A stretch of DNA of 64,000 bases from Acidimicrobiaceae bacterium (GTDB lineage Bacteria; Actinomycetota; Acidimicrobiia; Acidimicrobiales; RAAP-2). The DNA lies in contig CANFJV010000001.1 in assembly GCA_947447225.1 (NCBI GenBank), positions 1,471-65,470 of the forward strand, written 5' to 3'. Of this stretch, positions 29,079 through 39,221 are shown in pieces. The notes beneath the pieces were generated by a model. That model saw only the letters and a program-made list of their open reading frames with translations. It did not search any database and was not told the DNA's origin. The stretch's first letter is position 1. Each line of letters begins with the position of its first letter. A program made the translations under genes and the position numbers.

Positions 29079-30281
29079 CTAGGGCGTCTCGGCGGTGCCA
29101 TCTTGTCGGTGACGAAGCACAGGCCGAGCAGTAACCCCAAGCAACAGCCCACTGCCGAGCCCTCCAGCAAGGAGCACCACCCGTGGGTCAAACGTGGTGG
29201 CGGCGAGGCCACCGGCAATCATGCCGACCACGCTGGCCGCTGAAATCAACGCCCCAACAGCAGCCAAGGCTCGCCCGCGCAACTCCTCGGCAACTTGGCG
29301 AATCATGAGTACCCCAACGTGAACATTGGCCAATCCATTGCCGAGACCGGCAATGAAAAATCCCACCATGGCTTGAGTAATCGACGAGGAGAATCCCTCA
29401 ATGGCAACGCCAATTGACAACAAGGCGCAGCCAATGATTGTCCATCGCTCATGGCTTTGCTCTAGGCGAAGTTGGCGCGACACCGTTGCCGACGTCAGCA
29501 ACATGCCAATGCCAAATAACGCACCCGTGAGGCCAAAGGCGCCAGGAGAACCGCCCAAGGTGTCGGTAATGAAAAACAGGTCAACGACATTGATGAGTGA
29601 AATCGCAAGTACAAACGCGCACAACGTGATCATGAGCGCACGCAGGAATCTGTCCTTCCACAGCACCACCATCCCGGCAAAGGCATCACCACGTGGGCGT
29701 TTTCCCACTCGCTGTACCGGGACCCGATCGAGCCGGAGGAACACCACCACCAGCACCAGCGCAGCGAAACTTATGGCGTCGATGACCAGTGGCGTGGAAA
29801 ACCCACTCCACTCGACGAGCAGTCCACCAACAAATGGCCCCGCAATTTGAGCCAAGGTTGACCACGACTGTTGGAGACCCGACGCTCGTGGCAGTTGCTC
29901 ATCACTTACAAGACTTGGCACAAGTGCCGACCAGGCAGGATTGAGTACTGCCGTTCCGGCCGCCAACAAGGCAATGCATACGAGCGAGAAGTACCCGCGG
30001 CTCGCGATCAGCGTGAGACACAAGCCAAACTGCGCGAGGAGCGCACCCAACAGGATCGGCCGTGTCCTTACTGAATCGACGAGCTGTCCTGCCCACGGTG
30101 CAAGAACCACCAGCGGGACGGTTCCGGCCAAAATCACCAGTGCTACCCCAATGTGGCCAATATCGTGCTTTGCTCGAAACAACAGCGCATACAGCGCCAC
30201 TTGGTCACCAAGGACCGAGATCCCTCGCCCAACGCTGACCGCGACGACTGCACGTGGGAGTCGCTGATCAATCTCGCTCAT
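29079..30281 (-). CDS. MFS-type membrane transporter
   Basis: Hydrophobic multi-TM protein. ATG 30281 forms an ATGA overlap with the upstream GT2 stop. The ORF-track N-terminal 83 aa (to 30530) are rejected. Confidence 0.7.
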   Translation of the reverse strand: MSEIDQRLPRAVVAVSVGRGISVLGDQVALYALLFRAKHDIGHIGVALVILAGTVPLVVLAPWAGQLVDSVRTRPILLGALLAQFGLCLTLIASRGYFSLVCIALLAAGTAVLNPAWSALVPSLVSDEQLPRASGLQQSWSTLAQIAGPFVGGLLVEWSGFSTPLVIDAISFAALVLVVVFLRLDRVPVQRVGKRPRGDAFAGMVVLWKDRFLRALMITLCAFVLAISLINVVDLFFITDTLGGSPGAFGLTGALFGIGMLLTSATVSRQLRLEQSHERWTIIGCALLSIGVAIEGFSSSITQAMVGFFIAGLGNGLANVHVGVLMIRQVAEELRGRALAAVGALISAASVVGMIAGGLAATTFDPRVVLLAGGLGSGLLLGVTARPVLRHRQDGTAETP

Positions 30282-31150
30282 TCGCTTGCGCGGGCTCGAA
30301 ATTCTGTTCCGACCGCTATCGAAAATCTGATGGCCAAGACCAGTGCAGCAACAGGCAGCAAGAGTCGTTTCAATCCGGTTGCATGCTTGGCTTGAAAGCG
30401 AAACGCAGAGCGATGGTGTGCCACCAGCATTTTGTAGGGCTGGCGACGACGTGACACCCCTTCGACATGGGTTACGACGGCCGTTGCCGTATAGCCAATG
30501 CCAAAACCAAGGCCGTGGGCACGAAAACACAAGTCCAGGTCTTCGGCAAACATAAAGAATCCCTCGTCAAACCCACCTAGTGCCTCAAAAGCCTCTCGGC
30601 GAATGAGAAAGCAAGCTCCAGAGATCCAGTCCACTCCCCACCTAGGTTTCGTGGCATAGCCCGAGCGATAGCGAGCAGTGAAGGGATTCTTTGGCCAAAG
30701 TGGCGCAAGCAGCGCATGGCCAGCAGCATCAGCGAGCGAGGGGAATCTCCGCACCGATGGGTAGGTCTCCCCCGACATGTCCAAAATCTTCGGACCAACA
30801 AGTGCCCAGTCGCGCTCTTGTTCGAGCGCGTCAACGAGCGCCGCTACTGCGCCGTCATGCACCACGAGGTCTGGATTGCACACGAGCACATAGGGCGTCG
30901 ATGCGGCGGCAACACCACGATTCACTCCCCCGCCAAAACCCAGATTGACCCCAGTTTCAATCAAGGTGACCGAGGCCACGAGATCGCCCAATATTGCCGC
31001 ACTCGTCCCCACTGGAGCGTTGTCGACCACCACGACGTCGCAACCTTCGCTGAGCAGTGATGCACAGCACGCACGTACGTCGTCGCCACTATGAAAGTCG
31101 ACAACGACCGCAGTCACCGCACCTAGGCCATAGGCCTTGGAGCTTTGCAC
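30278..31150 (-). CDS. family 2 glycosyltransferase, WbbL (rhamnosyltransferase)-like
   Basis: VVVVDNAP, GFGGGVNRG, and ISGACFLIRREAFEALGGFDEGFFMFAEDLDLCFR. Confidence 0.75.
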   Translation of the reverse strand: MQSSKAYGLGAVTAVVVDFHSGDDVRACCASLLSEGCDVVVVDNAPVGTSAAILGDLVASVTLIETGVNLGFGGGVNRGVAAASTPYVLVCNPDLVVHDGAVAALVDALEQERDWALVGPKILDMSGETYPSVRRFPSLADAAGHALLAPLWPKNPFTARYRSGYATKPRWGVDWISGACFLIRREAFEALGGFDEGFFMFAEDLDLCFRAHGLGFGIGYTATAVVTHVEGVSRRRQPYKMLVAHHRSAFRFQAKHATGLKRLLLPVAALVLAIRFSIAVGTEFRARASE

Positions 31151-31873
31151 TTAGAAGTCCTTCGTAAACCGGAATTTCACGAGGGCTTTAAGGGCGCCAA
31201 CGCCATCGCGCCAGGTGATCTTTTTGCCTTCGTCGAACTCACGTCCGGCGTAGCTAATTGGAACTTCGTAGATCCGGTATCCACGGCGCAAGACCTTGGC
31301 AGTGATTTCAGGTTCAAAGTCAAAACGATTGGACACGACGGTCAGATCCTTTAAGACACGTCGGTCAAATGCTTTGTAGCAGGTCTCCATGTCGGACAGG
31401 GTCGACGAGTACAGCACGTTCGTGACGAGTGATAATAAGCGGTTTCCAGCCCAGTGGAGCGGCAACATGTTCTTGCGCTGACCAGTGAAGCGACTGCCGT
31501 AGACAACCGAGGCCTTCCCCTTCAAGATCGGCGCAAGCAGGGCCGGCCAGTCATCAGGGTCATATTCCAAGTCCGCATCTTGGATCACGACAATGTCCCC
31601 ACTTGCATGAGCGAGGCCCGTTCGTAGTGCAGCGCCTTTGCCCTGGTTCTTTTGGTGCGCGATGACCCGAACGGTCGAGTCTTCAAGGGTCCGAAGAATC
31701 TTGTTGGTGCCATCACTTGACCCATCGTCAACAATGATGAGCTCAAGCGTGAGGCCCAGATCGACTTGGCGAACGCGTCGAATGATTTCTGCCAAGGTGG
31801 CTTGCTCGTTAAACACCGGCATGAGCACCGTCAAGGTGCGGTACTCCATCGGTTCGAGCTTGGTCTCTGCCAC
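31151..31873 (-). CDS. family 2 glycosyltransferase, polyprenyl-phosphate sugar synthase-like (Ppm1/ArnC/GtrB type)
   Basis: VLMPVFNE, IIVDDGSSDGT and VIQDADLEYDP. 240 aa without TM segments. Confidence 0.75.
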   Translation of the reverse strand: MAETKLEPMEYRTLTVLMPVFNEQATLAEIIRRVRQVDLGLTLELIIVDDGSSDGTNKILRTLEDSTVRVIAHQKNQGKGAALRTGLAHASGDIVVIQDADLEYDPDDWPALLAPILKGKASVVYGSRFTGQRKNMLPLHWAGNRLLSLVTNVLYSSTLSDMETCYKAFDRRVLKDLTVVSNRFDFEPEITAKVLRRGYRIYEVPISYAGREFDEGKKITWRDGVGALKALVKFRFTKDF

Positions 31874-31875
31874 AG

Positions 31876-32814
31876 CTACTCCTTGCTCAGCGCTTGAGAA
31901 GAAAAGTACTCCACCAGTTGAATGAGCCCGTCACGAAGACTTACCGTTGGCTTCCACGACAGCACCGCTGTCGCCAAGGTGATGTCGGGACAACGCCTCA
32001 TTGGGTCATCGGTCGGAAGCGGTAAAAACACAATTTCTGATTGCGATCCGGTCACGGCCAAGACTTCTGCCGCGAGCTCAAGCATGGTCCGCTCGTCAGG
32101 GTTGCCGAGATTGATCGGTCCGACCTCTTCAGTTGCCGCCATCTTCATGAGTCCATCAACAAGGTCAGCGACATAGCAAAGTGACCGAGTCTGTTCACCC
32201 GTGCCATAGACCGTTAGTGGTTCGCCGGCGAGCGCTTGTCGCACGAAATTCGACACCACGCGCCCATCGCCTGGGTCAAGGCGAGGCCCATAGGTGTTGA
32301 AGATTCGAACAAGCCCAACGCGAACTCCACGTTGTTGGCCATAGGCAACCGTCAACGCTTCCGCAAATCGCTTTGCTTCGTCATAGACACTTCTTGGCCC
32401 AACGGGGTTGACATTTCCCCAGTAGGTCTCGGGTTGTGGGTGCACGGTTGGGTCGCCGTAGACCTCAGAGGTAGACGCGTGCACGAACCGTGCGCCGCTG
32501 CGCTCGGCCAACTCCAACAACCGCCGCGTACCTTCACTGCCTACCGCAAGGGTTTCTAAGGGACGTTCCAGGTAAAACGGCGGCGACGCCGGTGATGCCA
32601 TATTGAACACGAGATCCACGTGGCCCTCAACGGGGACAGCCTTTGATACATCGGCTTCGTGGAACTCGTGGCCGGCAGCAAGCAGTTGTTCGATGTTGGC
32701 CAGGCTTCCAGACGACAGATCATCAACAATGACCACGTCGCAACCAGACGCTGCATAGGCGTCTGCGAGATGCGATCCCAAAAATCCGGCACCGCCAGCA
32801 ACAACGACTCTCAT
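31876..32814 (-). CDS. UDP-glucuronate decarboxylase (UDP-xylose synthase)
   Basis: GGAGFLGSHL, STSEVYGDP, YWGNVNPVGPRSVYDEAKR, and RIFNTYGPR..DGRVVSNF. Confidence 0.85.
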   Translation of the reverse strand: MRVVVAGGAGFLGSHLADAYAASGCDVVIVDDLSSGSLANIEQLLAAGHEFHEADVSKAVPVEGHVDLVFNMASPASPPFYLERPLETLAVGSEGTRRLLELAERSGARFVHASTSEVYGDPTVHPQPETYWGNVNPVGPRSVYDEAKRFAEALTVAYGQQRGVRVGLVRIFNTYGPRLDPGDGRVVSNFVRQALAGEPLTVYGTGEQTRSLCYVADLVDGLMKMAATEEVGPINLGNPDERTMLELAAEVLAVTGSQSEIVFLPLPTDDPMRRCPDITLATAVLSWKPTVSLRDGLIQLVEYFSSQALSKE

Positions 32815-34124
32815 GGTCGACCAATGCCGACGTAGGTAAATCCAATCTTGCGCATTGCGGATGGGTCAAGGAGATTTCGGGCATCGACCATCGATGGCGT
32901 TGCCATTTGTTCGAAGACTTTTTGATAATCGAGCCAACGGAACTCGCGCCATTCGGTGAGGAGTACCACCGTCGCCGCACCGTTGACGGCTGCATACGGA
33001 TCGTCAAAAAGCGCAATGTTGGAAAGATCTTCCGACGTGTCGCCCGGCGACACGGTGGGGTCAAACGCACTGAGTACCGCACCGCGAGCTTGCAAGCGAT
33101 GCGCAATGTCAATGGCCGGTGAACAGCGCCGGTCATCGGTGCCGGCTTTGAAGGTCAGCCCCCACAACGCCACCTTCTTGCCCGCCAAGCCCGAAACAGC
33201 GGCATCAACTTTGTTCACGATGCGCTCAATTTGCGCTTCGTTGGTTGCAACCGCTCCACGCAGCAGCGAGAAGTCATAGCCGTGATCGGCCGCAATGGAA
33301 ATGAGTGCTGCGGTGTCTTTCGGAAGACATGACCCACCCCATCCTGGACCGGGATTCATGAACTCAAAACCAATGCGCTTGTCATATCCAAGTCCGAGGG
33401 TCAGGTCACGAACATCAGCCCCAACGGCTTCGCAAAGTCCCGCAATGGCGTTCATGAAACTGAGTTTCGTGGCGAGAAACGCATTCGAGGCGTACTTAAT
33501 GGTCTCTGCCGTTGCCGTGTCGGTGATGACGACCGGGGCTTTGGTTTCTGAAAACAACTCGCCAACCGTGCTCGCCGCCGAGGCATTATCGGAACCAATC
33601 ACGATGCGGTCTGGATGAAAACTGTCCGAAACTGCCGTTCCCTCTCGTAAGAACTCAGGGTTCGACACCACTGAAACATCGGCGCGCCCCAAGGCTTCTT
33701 CGACCAGTGCGGCGGTGCCAACTGGAACCGTTGATTTGTCCACAACGATGGCGCCGGACTTGAGTGATGGGGCAATTTCACGGGCGGCTGCCAAGACATA
33801 GGACAAATCTGCCGAACCATCATCGCCTTGTGGGGTTGGCACGCAAAGAAAAATGACATCGGCATTGACCGAGGCTTGTGCAGCATCTGGTGAAAACGTC
33901 AGGCGGCGAGAGGAAACGCCTGCGGCCAACAACTCGGCAAGGCCCTCTTCCACAATGGGCGACTCGCCAGCACGAAGGGTGGCAAGACGGCGTTCATCGC
34001 GCTCGGCCAAGATGACCTGATGGCCAAAGTGCGCGAGCACTGCAGCAGTTGGGAGGCCGACGTACCCCGCGCCAATGACCGTCACGCGCTTTGGGTTTTC
34101 CGTAAGCGAGGTTGAACTTTTCAT
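32811..34124 (-). CDS. ugd: UDP-glucose 6-dehydrogenase
   Basis: VIGAGYVGLPTA Rossmann motif and catalytic region GWGGSCLPKD. Confidence 0.9.
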   Translation of the reverse strand: MKSSTSLTENPKRVTVIGAGYVGLPTAAVLAHFGHQVILAERDERRLATLRAGESPIVEEGLAELLAAGVSSRRLTFSPDAAQASVNADVIFLCVPTPQGDDGSADLSYVLAAAREIAPSLKSGAIVVDKSTVPVGTAALVEEALGRADVSVVSNPEFLREGTAVSDSFHPDRIVIGSDNASAASTVGELFSETKAPVVITDTATAETIKYASNAFLATKLSFMNAIAGLCEAVGADVRDLTLGLGYDKRIGFEFMNPGPGWGGSCLPKDTAALISIAADHGYDFSLLRGAVATNEAQIERIVNKVDAAVSGLAGKKVALWGLTFKAGTDDRRCSPAIDIAHRLQARGAVLSAFDPTVSPGDTSEDLSNIALFDDPYAAVNGAATVVLLTEWREFRWLDYQKVFEQMATPSMVDARNLLDPSAMRKIGFTYVGIGRP

Positions 34125-35032
34125 GAAGAAGTCGAGCTTTCTGCAACGAGGAGATGAACAAGACGATCAAGCGCTTCTTCCCAAGGCGGAAGTGGGCCAA
34201 CACCGGTGGCCGCAAGTGCTGCGCCATCAAGGACTGAATACATTGGTCGCTGTGCCGGTGGAGCGGGCAGGCGATCAATCGTGCGAACCGGGGTCACCAT
34301 ATCTGGATCAAGCCCGGCACTTGCGACGACTCGTCGAGCGAGGGAAAACCAAGTCGTTGGTCCGAAGTTCGTGGCATGAACAATTCCGCCAGGGCAACTT
34401 TTCGCGAGGCCGACGAGCGCAACCGCCAAGTCCGCACTGAGCGTCGGGCACCCAAACTGATCATCAACAAAGGTCATGGGTGTTCCGGCCTGCGCCAAGC
34501 GAAGAATCGTCTTGACAATGTTGTTGCCGTGAAAACCAGCCACCCAACTGGTGCGCACAATGGTTGACTCATCGCCACAGGCTTGTTCGCCTGCGAGCTT
34601 CGTGACGCCATAGACCGAAAGTGGATTCGGCACATCGCTCGGCAAGTACGGCGTCGACGCAGTGCCATCAAAGACGTAGTCGGTCGACACGGCCAACACC
34701 TTTGCCCCAATAGCGCGCGCTGCGGCAACCACATTGGCCGTGCCATCTCGATTGACCGCCATAGCGACGTCGGGCTCTGCTTCAGCCTTGTCAACCGCGG
34801 TGTAGGCCGCACCGTGCACGATCACTTCTGGGCGAAAGTCTCGGACAAAGTCCATCGTTGCCGCTGCATCCGTCAGCGAAAAGTCCGCAAGATCGCAACC
34901 TTTCACGTCATGTGCGGTCGTCAAAAATCGTGCTGCATACGCAGGAGAACCTGCGGCAGGGACGTTGCCGGAAAAAGCATCAAGCAAGTCATGTCCAAGT
35001 TGACCCTCAGCTCCGGTGATGAGCACGCGCAT
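34121..35032 (-). CDS. rfbD: dTDP-4-dehydrorhamnose reductase
   Basis: MRVLITGAEGQLG and a family-typical STDYVFDG segment. ATGA-coupled to ugd. Confidence 0.85.
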   Translation of the reverse strand: MRVLITGAEGQLGHDLLDAFSGNVPAAGSPAYAARFLTTAHDVKGCDLADFSLTDAAATMDFVRDFRPEVIVHGAAYTAVDKAEAEPDVAMAVNRDGTANVVAAARAIGAKVLAVSTDYVFDGTASTPYLPSDVPNPLSVYGVTKLAGEQACGDESTIVRTSWVAGFHGNNIVKTILRLAQAGTPMTFVDDQFGCPTLSADLAVALVGLAKSCPGGIVHATNFGPTTWFSLARRVVASAGLDPDMVTPVRTIDRLPAPPAQRPMYSVLDGAALAATGVGPLPPWEEALDRLVHLLVAESSTSS

Positions 35033-35069
35033 GGCCCTAGCCTACTTGCGCGCCTTCAGTGACCTGGTG

Positions 35070-35825
35070 TCACGTTGTTGGTCGAAGATGCACTACATCT
35101 CCTGCATGGAACCACAAAAGCTCCCCATCAACTTCGACACCAAGCTCTCCAGATGCACCAATGGTTGATGCTTGTCCAACGAGGGACGTGTCGGCGAGTT
35201 CAACGCGCACTTCACGACCCAAGGTCGACAGCACCCCTTTGTATTCAGCGAGCAAGGTGGTGCGACCGGATTGGTTGTTGAGCAGTGACTGACGGTTCCC
35301 AAGTTCTTCGAGCAAAAGATGAAGAAACGCGTCTCGCTCGATGATGCGGCCCGTTGCTTTTTCAAGTGAGGTTGCCTCGGATTCTGGAGGCCCGCTGAAG
35401 GTCAAATTGATCCCAATGCCGACCACGAGCGCTACTTGTTGAGACCCAGGTGACGACTGCGGGACCACTTCAGCCAAGATTCCACCGAACTTTGCTCCGT
35501 CAAAGAGCAGATCATTTGGCCACTTGAGCAGTGGCGCCTTCGTTGTTGCTCGCTCCACTGCCGTTTGAGCCGCCAGCGCCATGGCAATCGTGGCGAGATG
35601 GGCTTCGGCCAAAGAAATTGTTGGGCGAAGCAACACGGAACACAGCAGCGAGGACTTTGGCGGGGCTTCCCATGTGCGGTCCCGTCGACCGCGTCCAGCA
35701 GTTTGGAAGTCGGCAACATAGACCGTCCCAGCCGGTGCGCCGTTGGTGGCATCTGCCACCAGCGAGGTATTGGTTGATCCAAGTGATTCGAAGTGGTGGA
35801 TGGTTGGATTCCAAGGTTCGGCCAT
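35070..35825 (-). CDS. birA: biotin-[acetyl-CoA-carboxylase] ligase (no DNA-binding domain)
   Basis: Biotin-binding motif QTAGRGRRDRTWEAP. At 251 aa there is no room for an N-terminal HTH. Confidence 0.85.
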   Translation of the reverse strand: MAEPWNPTIHHFESLGSTNTSLVADATNGAPAGTVYVADFQTAGRGRRDRTWEAPPKSSLLCSVLLRPTISLAEAHLATIAMALAAQTAVERATTKAPLLKWPNDLLFDGAKFGGILAEVVPQSSPGSQQVALVVGIGINLTFSGPPESEATSLEKATGRIIERDAFLHLLLEELGNRQSLLNNQSGRTTLLAEYKGVLSTLGREVRVELADTSLVGQASTIGASGELGVEVDGELLWFHAGDVVHLRPTT

Positions 35826-35920
35826 CTACAAGACGCTAGACACTGAAACAGAGGCAATGTCGCGTGAGCGTGGTGGTCTGGTCGTCTACCGTAAGGGGGA
35901 ACTACGAAGGGGACACTCAG

Positions 35921-37669
35921 GTGCTGAAGAAGGTTCTGGTCGCTAACCGAGGTGAAATTGCCGTGCGCGTGCTGCGGACGTGTAGGGAGATGGGTATCGC
36001 CACCGTTGCGGTGTACTCAGAACTCGACCGTGACGCACTCCATGTTCGCTTGGCCGATGAGGCCTACGCCTTGGGTGGGCAAACTGCTGCTGAGAGTTAC
36101 CTCAACACCGAAGCAATTCTCGATGCCATTGAGAAGTCTGGGGCCGACGCGGTTCACCCTGGCTATGGCTTCTTCTCTGAGAACACTGACTTTGCTCGAG
36201 CGATTACCGCTCGTGGTGTGACCTTTATTGGACCACCTCCAGAGGCAATCGAAGTCATGGGTGACAAGATCAGTTCTCGCATTGCTGCCGAAGCTGCGGG
36301 CGTGTCGGGTGTGCCAGGTCGTTCGCAGACCCTGGTCGATGCCAGCGAAATTGTCGCCTTTGGTGAAGAGTTCGGTTGGCCGGTTGCCATCAAGGCTGCC
36401 TACGGCGGTGGTGGACGAGGCATGAAGGTCGTCCACAGTGCCGATGAAGCCGCAGCTGCGTTTGAATCCGCCCAACGTGAATCTCTGGCCTACTTCGGTC
36501 GCGACGAGTGCTACGTCGAGCGCTACCTGACCTGGCCTCGCCACATTGAGATGCAGGTCTTGGCTGACGCGCACGGCAACACCTTGTGGCTTGGTGAGCG
36601 CGACTGCTCGTGTCAACGTCGCCACCAAAAGCTCGTTGAAGAATCTCCTGCGGCAAACTTCCCCGACGAGGTTCGTCAAGCCATGGGTGAAGCAGCGGTC
36701 AAGGTCTCCAAGGCCTGCGGTTACGTCAATGCAGGAACGGTCGAGTTCTTGTACCAAGACGGTGAGTTCTACTTCCTCGAAATGAACACCCGACTTCAGG
36801 TCGAGCACCCTGTTACTGAACTCGTGACCGGTCTTGACTTGGTCGAATGGCAACTTCGTATTGCTGCTGGCGAAGCCCTCACCTTTGGCCAAAACGACGT
36901 TCGCCGCCAAGGCCACTCCATTGAGGTTCGTATCAACGCCGAAGACCCCTCAGGTGGTCGATTCACTCCAAGTCCTGGAACCCTCACCAAGTTCACGCAA
37001 GCCAGTGGCCCCGGTGTGCGCATGGATGCCGGGTACATGGAAGGCGACACGGTCTCGCAGTACTACGACAACTTGATTGGCAAGTTGGTGGTGTGGGCTG
37101 ATGACCGCGAGCACGCTCGTCGTCGCATGCTCCGTGCCCTTGAAGAGACCGTCATTGAAGGTGTTGCAACCACGATTCCTGCCGCGCAGCGCATCTTGGA
37201 ACACCAGGACTTCGCCGATGGCATCCACTCCACCAAATGGGTCGAAGAGCGCCTCGATCTGTCCGACCTCGTCGTCTCCGTCGTCGCTGGTGACACCGAT
37301 GACCAAGGCCGGGTGGCGAAGGCCGTCACTGCAGAAGTCAATGGTCAGCGCTACGAGATGACCTTGTACCTCCCAGAGACACAAGCCGTTGTCGGCGCTG
37401 CTCCGGCCACAAAGAAGGCTCGCCGCAGTGGTGGCGCAAGTGCCGTGATTGGTCAAGCAGGGGCGGTGACCGTTCCGATGCAAGGAACCATCGTCAAGGT
37501 CATGGTCGAAGTCGGTGACGCCGTTGAAGCTGGACAGACCATCTGCATCTTGGAAGCCATGAAGATGGAGAACCCCATCACCGCCGGTGCAGCAGGAACC
37601 GTGACCGAGTTGAAGGTCGCAGCCGGAGACAGCGTTGCCAACGGCGACGTCGTCGCCATTGTTGAATAA
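35921..37669 (+). CDS. accA: acyl-CoA carboxylase alpha subunit (biotin carboxylase plus BCCP domain)
   Basis: GTG 35921 after gaagggga gives (M)[16 protein letters not shown]. The biotinylation motif EAMKME lies near the C-terminus. Confidence 0.92.
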   Translation: MLKKVLVANRGEIAVRVLRTCREMGIATVAVYSELDRDALHVRLADEAYALGGQTAAESYLNTEAILDAIEKSGADAVHPGYGFFSENTDFARAITARGVTFIGPPPEAIEVMGDKISSRIAAEAAGVSGVPGRSQTLVDASEIVAFGEEFGWPVAIKAAYGGGGRGMKVVHSADEAAAAFESAQRESLAYFGRDECYVERYLTWPRHIEMQVLADAHGNTLWLGERDCSCQRRHQKLVEESPAANFPDEVRQAMGEAAVKVSKACGYVNAGTVEFLYQDGEFYFLEMNTRLQVEHPVTELVTGLDLVEWQLRIAAGEALTFGQNDVRRQGHSIEVRINAEDPSGGRFTPSPGTLTKFTQASGPGVRMDAGYMEGDTVSQYYDNLIGKLVVWADDREHARRRMLRALEETVIEGVATTIPAAQRILEHQDFADGIHSTKWVEERLDLSDLVVSVVAGDTDDQGRVAKAVTAEVNGQRYEMTLYLPETQAVVGAAPATKKARRSGGASAVIGQAGAVTVPMQGTIVKVMVEVGDAVEAGQTICILEAMKMENPITAGAAGTVTELKVAAGDSVANGDVVAIVE

Positions 37670-37671
37670 CG

Positions 37672-38850
37672 GTGTCAGCCCCTCACGACGCAGCGCGTGC
37701 AGCAATTGCAAACGCAAACAGCACCCTGCTTGCGGTCAATCGTTTCGTCCACGCACACCCCGAACTCAACTTCCACGAAGTAGAGAGTTCTCGTCGCGTC
37801 GCTGATGCACTTGACGCCGAAGGCTTCTCGGTTGAGCGAGGGGCCTTTGATCTTGAGACCTCCTTTCGGGCCACCTTTGGTTCAGGAAGCCTCGTCATTG
37901 GCATCTGCGCTGAATACGATGCGCTGCCTGAAGTTGGTCATGCATGTGGCCACAACATCATCGCGAGTGCCGCGGTTGGTGCAGCCATTGGGTTGAAAGC
38001 CGTTGCCAACGAACTCGATCTCACCATCGTCGTCCTCGGCACTCCAGCCGAAGAGGGCGGGGGCGGCAAAGTGATGATGTTAGAGCGCGGAGCGTTTGAC
38101 GACCTTCACTTGGCGATGATGATTCACCCATGGGCGGCAGAGCGCCTCGAAGCGACCTGCCTTGCCGTCAGCCACTTTGACGTGACCTTCACCGGAAAGG
38201 CAGCGCATGCTTCAGGTGCGCCGTGGAAGGGCCGTAACGCTGCCGACGCCATGGTGATCGCCCAAGTGGCAATTGGCTTATTGCGTCAAGAGCTTCCGCC
38301 CGGTGAACAGATCCACGGCATTGTGACCGCTGGCGGCGAAGCTGCCAATGTGATTCCCGAACTTGTGACGGGCCGCTTTATGTGCAGGACCCATCGCGTT
38401 GAAGCATTAGATGAGCTGCTTCGGCGGGTGCGCCAATGTTTTGAAGCCGGTGCCCTTGCGACCGACACCGAGTTCTCCATGGCCTTTCGAATGCCGAACT
38501 ACTCGCACATGGAATCTGACCAGCGGCTACTTGCCGCTTACCGCACCCATGCGGAAGCGCTTGGCCGTTCGTTTGCCGATGATGATGCCGGCGTGGCGAA
38601 GCCAACCCTTTCAACCGACATGGCCAATATTTCTCTCGCCGTGCCTTCCATTCACCCTCTCGTGAAAGTTGACGCTGGCGGTGCATCGAACCATCAGTAT
38701 GAATTCGCCGCAGCGTGCATCACTGCCTCGGCAGATCAAGCCATGGTCGATGGAGCGCTGCTCATGGCACTCACTGCCATTGATGTCGCGCTCAGCGATG
38801 ATTGGCGTCATGATCTTGATCTTTTGCGTCAGGCTCGAGCAGGAAACTAA
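37672..38850 (+). CDS. M20-family amidohydrolase/peptidase
   Basis: HACGHN and GTPAEEGGGGK. Confidence 0.8.
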   Translation: MSAPHDAARAAIANANSTLLAVNRFVHAHPELNFHEVESSRRVADALDAEGFSVERGAFDLETSFRATFGSGSLVIGICAEYDALPEVGHACGHNIIASAAVGAAIGLKAVANELDLTIVVLGTPAEEGGGGKVMMLERGAFDDLHLAMMIHPWAAERLEATCLAVSHFDVTFTGKAAHASGAPWKGRNAADAMVIAQVAIGLLRQELPPGEQIHGIVTAGGEAANVIPELVTGRFMCRTHRVEALDELLRRVRQCFEAGALATDTEFSMAFRMPNYSHMESDQRLLAAYRTHAEALGRSFADDDAGVAKPTLSTDMANISLAVPSIHPLVKVDAGGASNHQYEFAAACITASADQAMVDGALLMALTAIDVALSDDWRHDLDLLRQARAGN

Positions 38851-38859
38851 GGAGCACTC

Positions 38860-39156
38860 ATGGTTCTCGAACACGCCTACTTAGAAGTCATCGAAGGTCA
38901 AGAAGAACACTTCTTGGCCGCCCTAGCCTCGGTCAAGCACTTGATTGCCCGAACCGACGGGTTCTTAGGCCTCGAGGTTTCTCGATGCATGGAGCAGCCA
39001 TCGAATTTCCTCCTCCTCGTTGAGTGGGAGTCACTCGAAGCGCACACGGTCAACTTCCGCGGCGGTCCGGACTTTGACGCGTGGCGTGACGCACTCCATC
39101 ACTTCTACGTCAACAAACCGACCGTCGAGCACTTCGACGTGGTTGAGGTCGCCTGA
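38860..39156 (+). CDS. antibiotic-biosynthesis-monooxygenase (ABM) domain protein
   Basis: 98 aa with a ferredoxin-like pattern, LLLVEWESLEAH..FR. Confidence 0.7.
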   Translation: MVLEHAYLEVIEGQEEHFLAALASVKHLIARTDGFLGLEVSRCMEQPSNFLLLVEWESLEAHTVNFRGGPDFDAWRDALHHFYVNKPTVEHFDVVEVA

Positions 39157-39221
39157 GAAACTTGCGTCGTTGCAGGTCGAATTGCCGCGAAGTTGCAAGC
39201 GGAAGTTCCTAAGGTTGGGGC

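Noticed and set aside
29079-30530. 83-aa N-terminal extension of the MFS transporter ORF
   Set aside because: It overlaps the upstream GT2 gene. The internal ATG 30281 gives an ATGA junction and a normal MFS N-terminus.
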